Assembly: GCA_903822015.1 (NCBI GenBank)
Contig: CAIJNQ010000070.1
Span: 1 to 45,161 of the forward strand
DNA: 45,161 bases
Direction of reading: 5' to 3'
Source: an uncultured Verrucomicrobia subdivision 3 bacterium
Lineage (GTDB): Bacteria > Verrucomicrobiota > Verrucomicrobiia > Limisphaerales > UBA11358
Shown here one piece after another: positions 44,349 through 45,161 of this stretch. The notes under the pieces are model-generated. The model saw only the letters and a program-made list of their open reading frames with translations, was not told the DNA's origin and ran no database searches. The position numbers and the translations under genes were made by a program. Positions within the stretch are counted from its first letter, which is position 1. Each line of letters opens with the position of its first letter.

Positions 44349-45161
44349 TTAACTTCCGTTTCTCGCCCGATAAAACAGAATCGGGTTTGTTGATGAATGC
44401 GGGTCGCTGATATGGAATTTGCTGACGGTGCTATTGGTGGTCAGCAAGATTGGCCAGGTCGAGGAGGCGCTCTTTAAGTTATTGGTGTAAATGACCGTCA
44501 CCGTCTGGCCGGTCGAAGTTAGGATGTCGAAGCCGAAGGTTCCACCACTCAAAACCGCATTCGTGAACACCGGTGCCGGCGCCGAGCTGCTGGCGGTGGC
44601 GATATTGAACGAGGTCACGCTCGCCACATACGCTTCCGTGATGGTACTGCCATTGGTGGTGATGACGGCGTGATAAAAACCAACTTCGGCCAGGTAATTC
44701 GAGTTGGCCGCCATGATGCCGGCCGGAATCGTGACTGACGTCGCCGTGCCGTGCAGGGCATTGGTCAGGCCGAATCCCGGCGTTTCAAACAGGGTCCCGC
44801 CCACCACCACCTCCACATAATCCGTGCTCCCGCCGCCGTTGAACGCATTCCAGGTGAGCGTGAAAGGCAGCGACGGATTGACGGCCTGCGCGGCGGCGTA
44901 GTTGCTGATCTGCGGGGCGTTCGGCTGCGTGTAGTTCGGAAGGTTCACCGTGACCTGCTGGTTCGAAGCCGTGGCGGTCACATTATAAATATAATTGCCC
45001 GACGGGAAGGTGGCATTGAACGTCGCGAGGTTGGTGTTGTAGCCGCCCATGTAAAATTCCCACGGAAACAAAATATTCTGGACGAGGTTGGAAACGGCGG
45101 CCGTCGGCAGCGTCAGCGTGACGGCCGTGGCGGTGCGATTAGAAGCCAGCCCGGTCACGCC
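44349..45161 (-). CDS. secreted beta-rich Asn/Thr/Ser-rich protein, C-terminal part only (5' end beyond right edge), ending in a FYR module
   Basis: The reading frame is open to the window edge. Its composition is rich in N/T/S/V/G with beta-strand periodicity (TVTVNLPNYTQPNAPQISNY; FTLTWNAFNGGGSTDYVEVVVGG). The C-terminus is GGTFGFDILTSTGQTVTVIYTNNL...WPILLTTNSTVSKFHISDPHSSTNPILFYRARNGS. Confidence 0.6.
   Translation of the reverse strand, partial: GVTGLASNRTATAVTLTLPTAAVSNLVQNILFPWEFYMGGYNTNLATFNATFPSGNYIYNVTATASNQQVTVNLPNYTQPNAPQISNYAAAQAVNPSLPFTLTWNAFNGGGSTDYVEVVVGGTLFETPGFGLTNALHGTATSVTIPAGIMAANSNYLAEVGFYHAVITTNGSTITEAYVASVTSFNIATASSSAPAPVFTNAVLSGGTFGFDILTSTGQTVTVIYTNNLKSASSTWPILLTTNSTVSKFHISDPHSSTNPILFYRARNGS

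Overview
This is a GC-rich (roughly 58-60% by eye) chromosomal segment of 45.2 kb with dense coding on both strands. I call 39 protein-coding genes (two cut by the window edges), 2 tRNAs (Lys-CUU, Ser-GGA), 2 gene remnants and 2 intrinsic terminators. Most of it is housekeeping. The identifiable genes are pgk-tpiA-secG, ilvD, rlmN, pgl, hisH, sodA, panD, trpG/pabA, cls, aroB and a photolyase. There are also a peptide ABC importer, glycoside hydrolases (GH20, GH3 with PA14) and peptidases (M42, M20). An envelope proteostasis cluster encodes FKBP, HtrA, CbpA and a serpin. The prepilin-like protein with [17 protein letters not shown] and a C-terminal ADGH motif, plus secreted proteins ending in FYR(L/A), suggest the PVC superphylum, probably Verrucomicrobiota. 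That placement is inference only. I found no CRISPR array, transposase, integrase, phage genes or rRNA. The most interesting candidates follow. (1) A translationally coupled four-gene operon (41158-44086) joins an uncharacterised membrane-anchored helical protein and a prepilin-like protein to an ABC-2 exporter. (2) A 733-aa fusion of a DUF455-type di-iron ferritin-like domain with an ATP-grasp-like C-terminal half (34136-36337) lies directly downstream of a His/Cys-rich ZIP metal transporter. (3) An ATP-cone domain is fused to a uridine-kinase/PRK-like P-loop kinase (25751-27211). (4) A secreted bacterial serpin is co-oriented with HtrA. (5) A small decay zone (40054-40912) holds two degraded genes. 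All functional calls rest on motifs I recognised by eye in the translations. No database or HMM search was possible.
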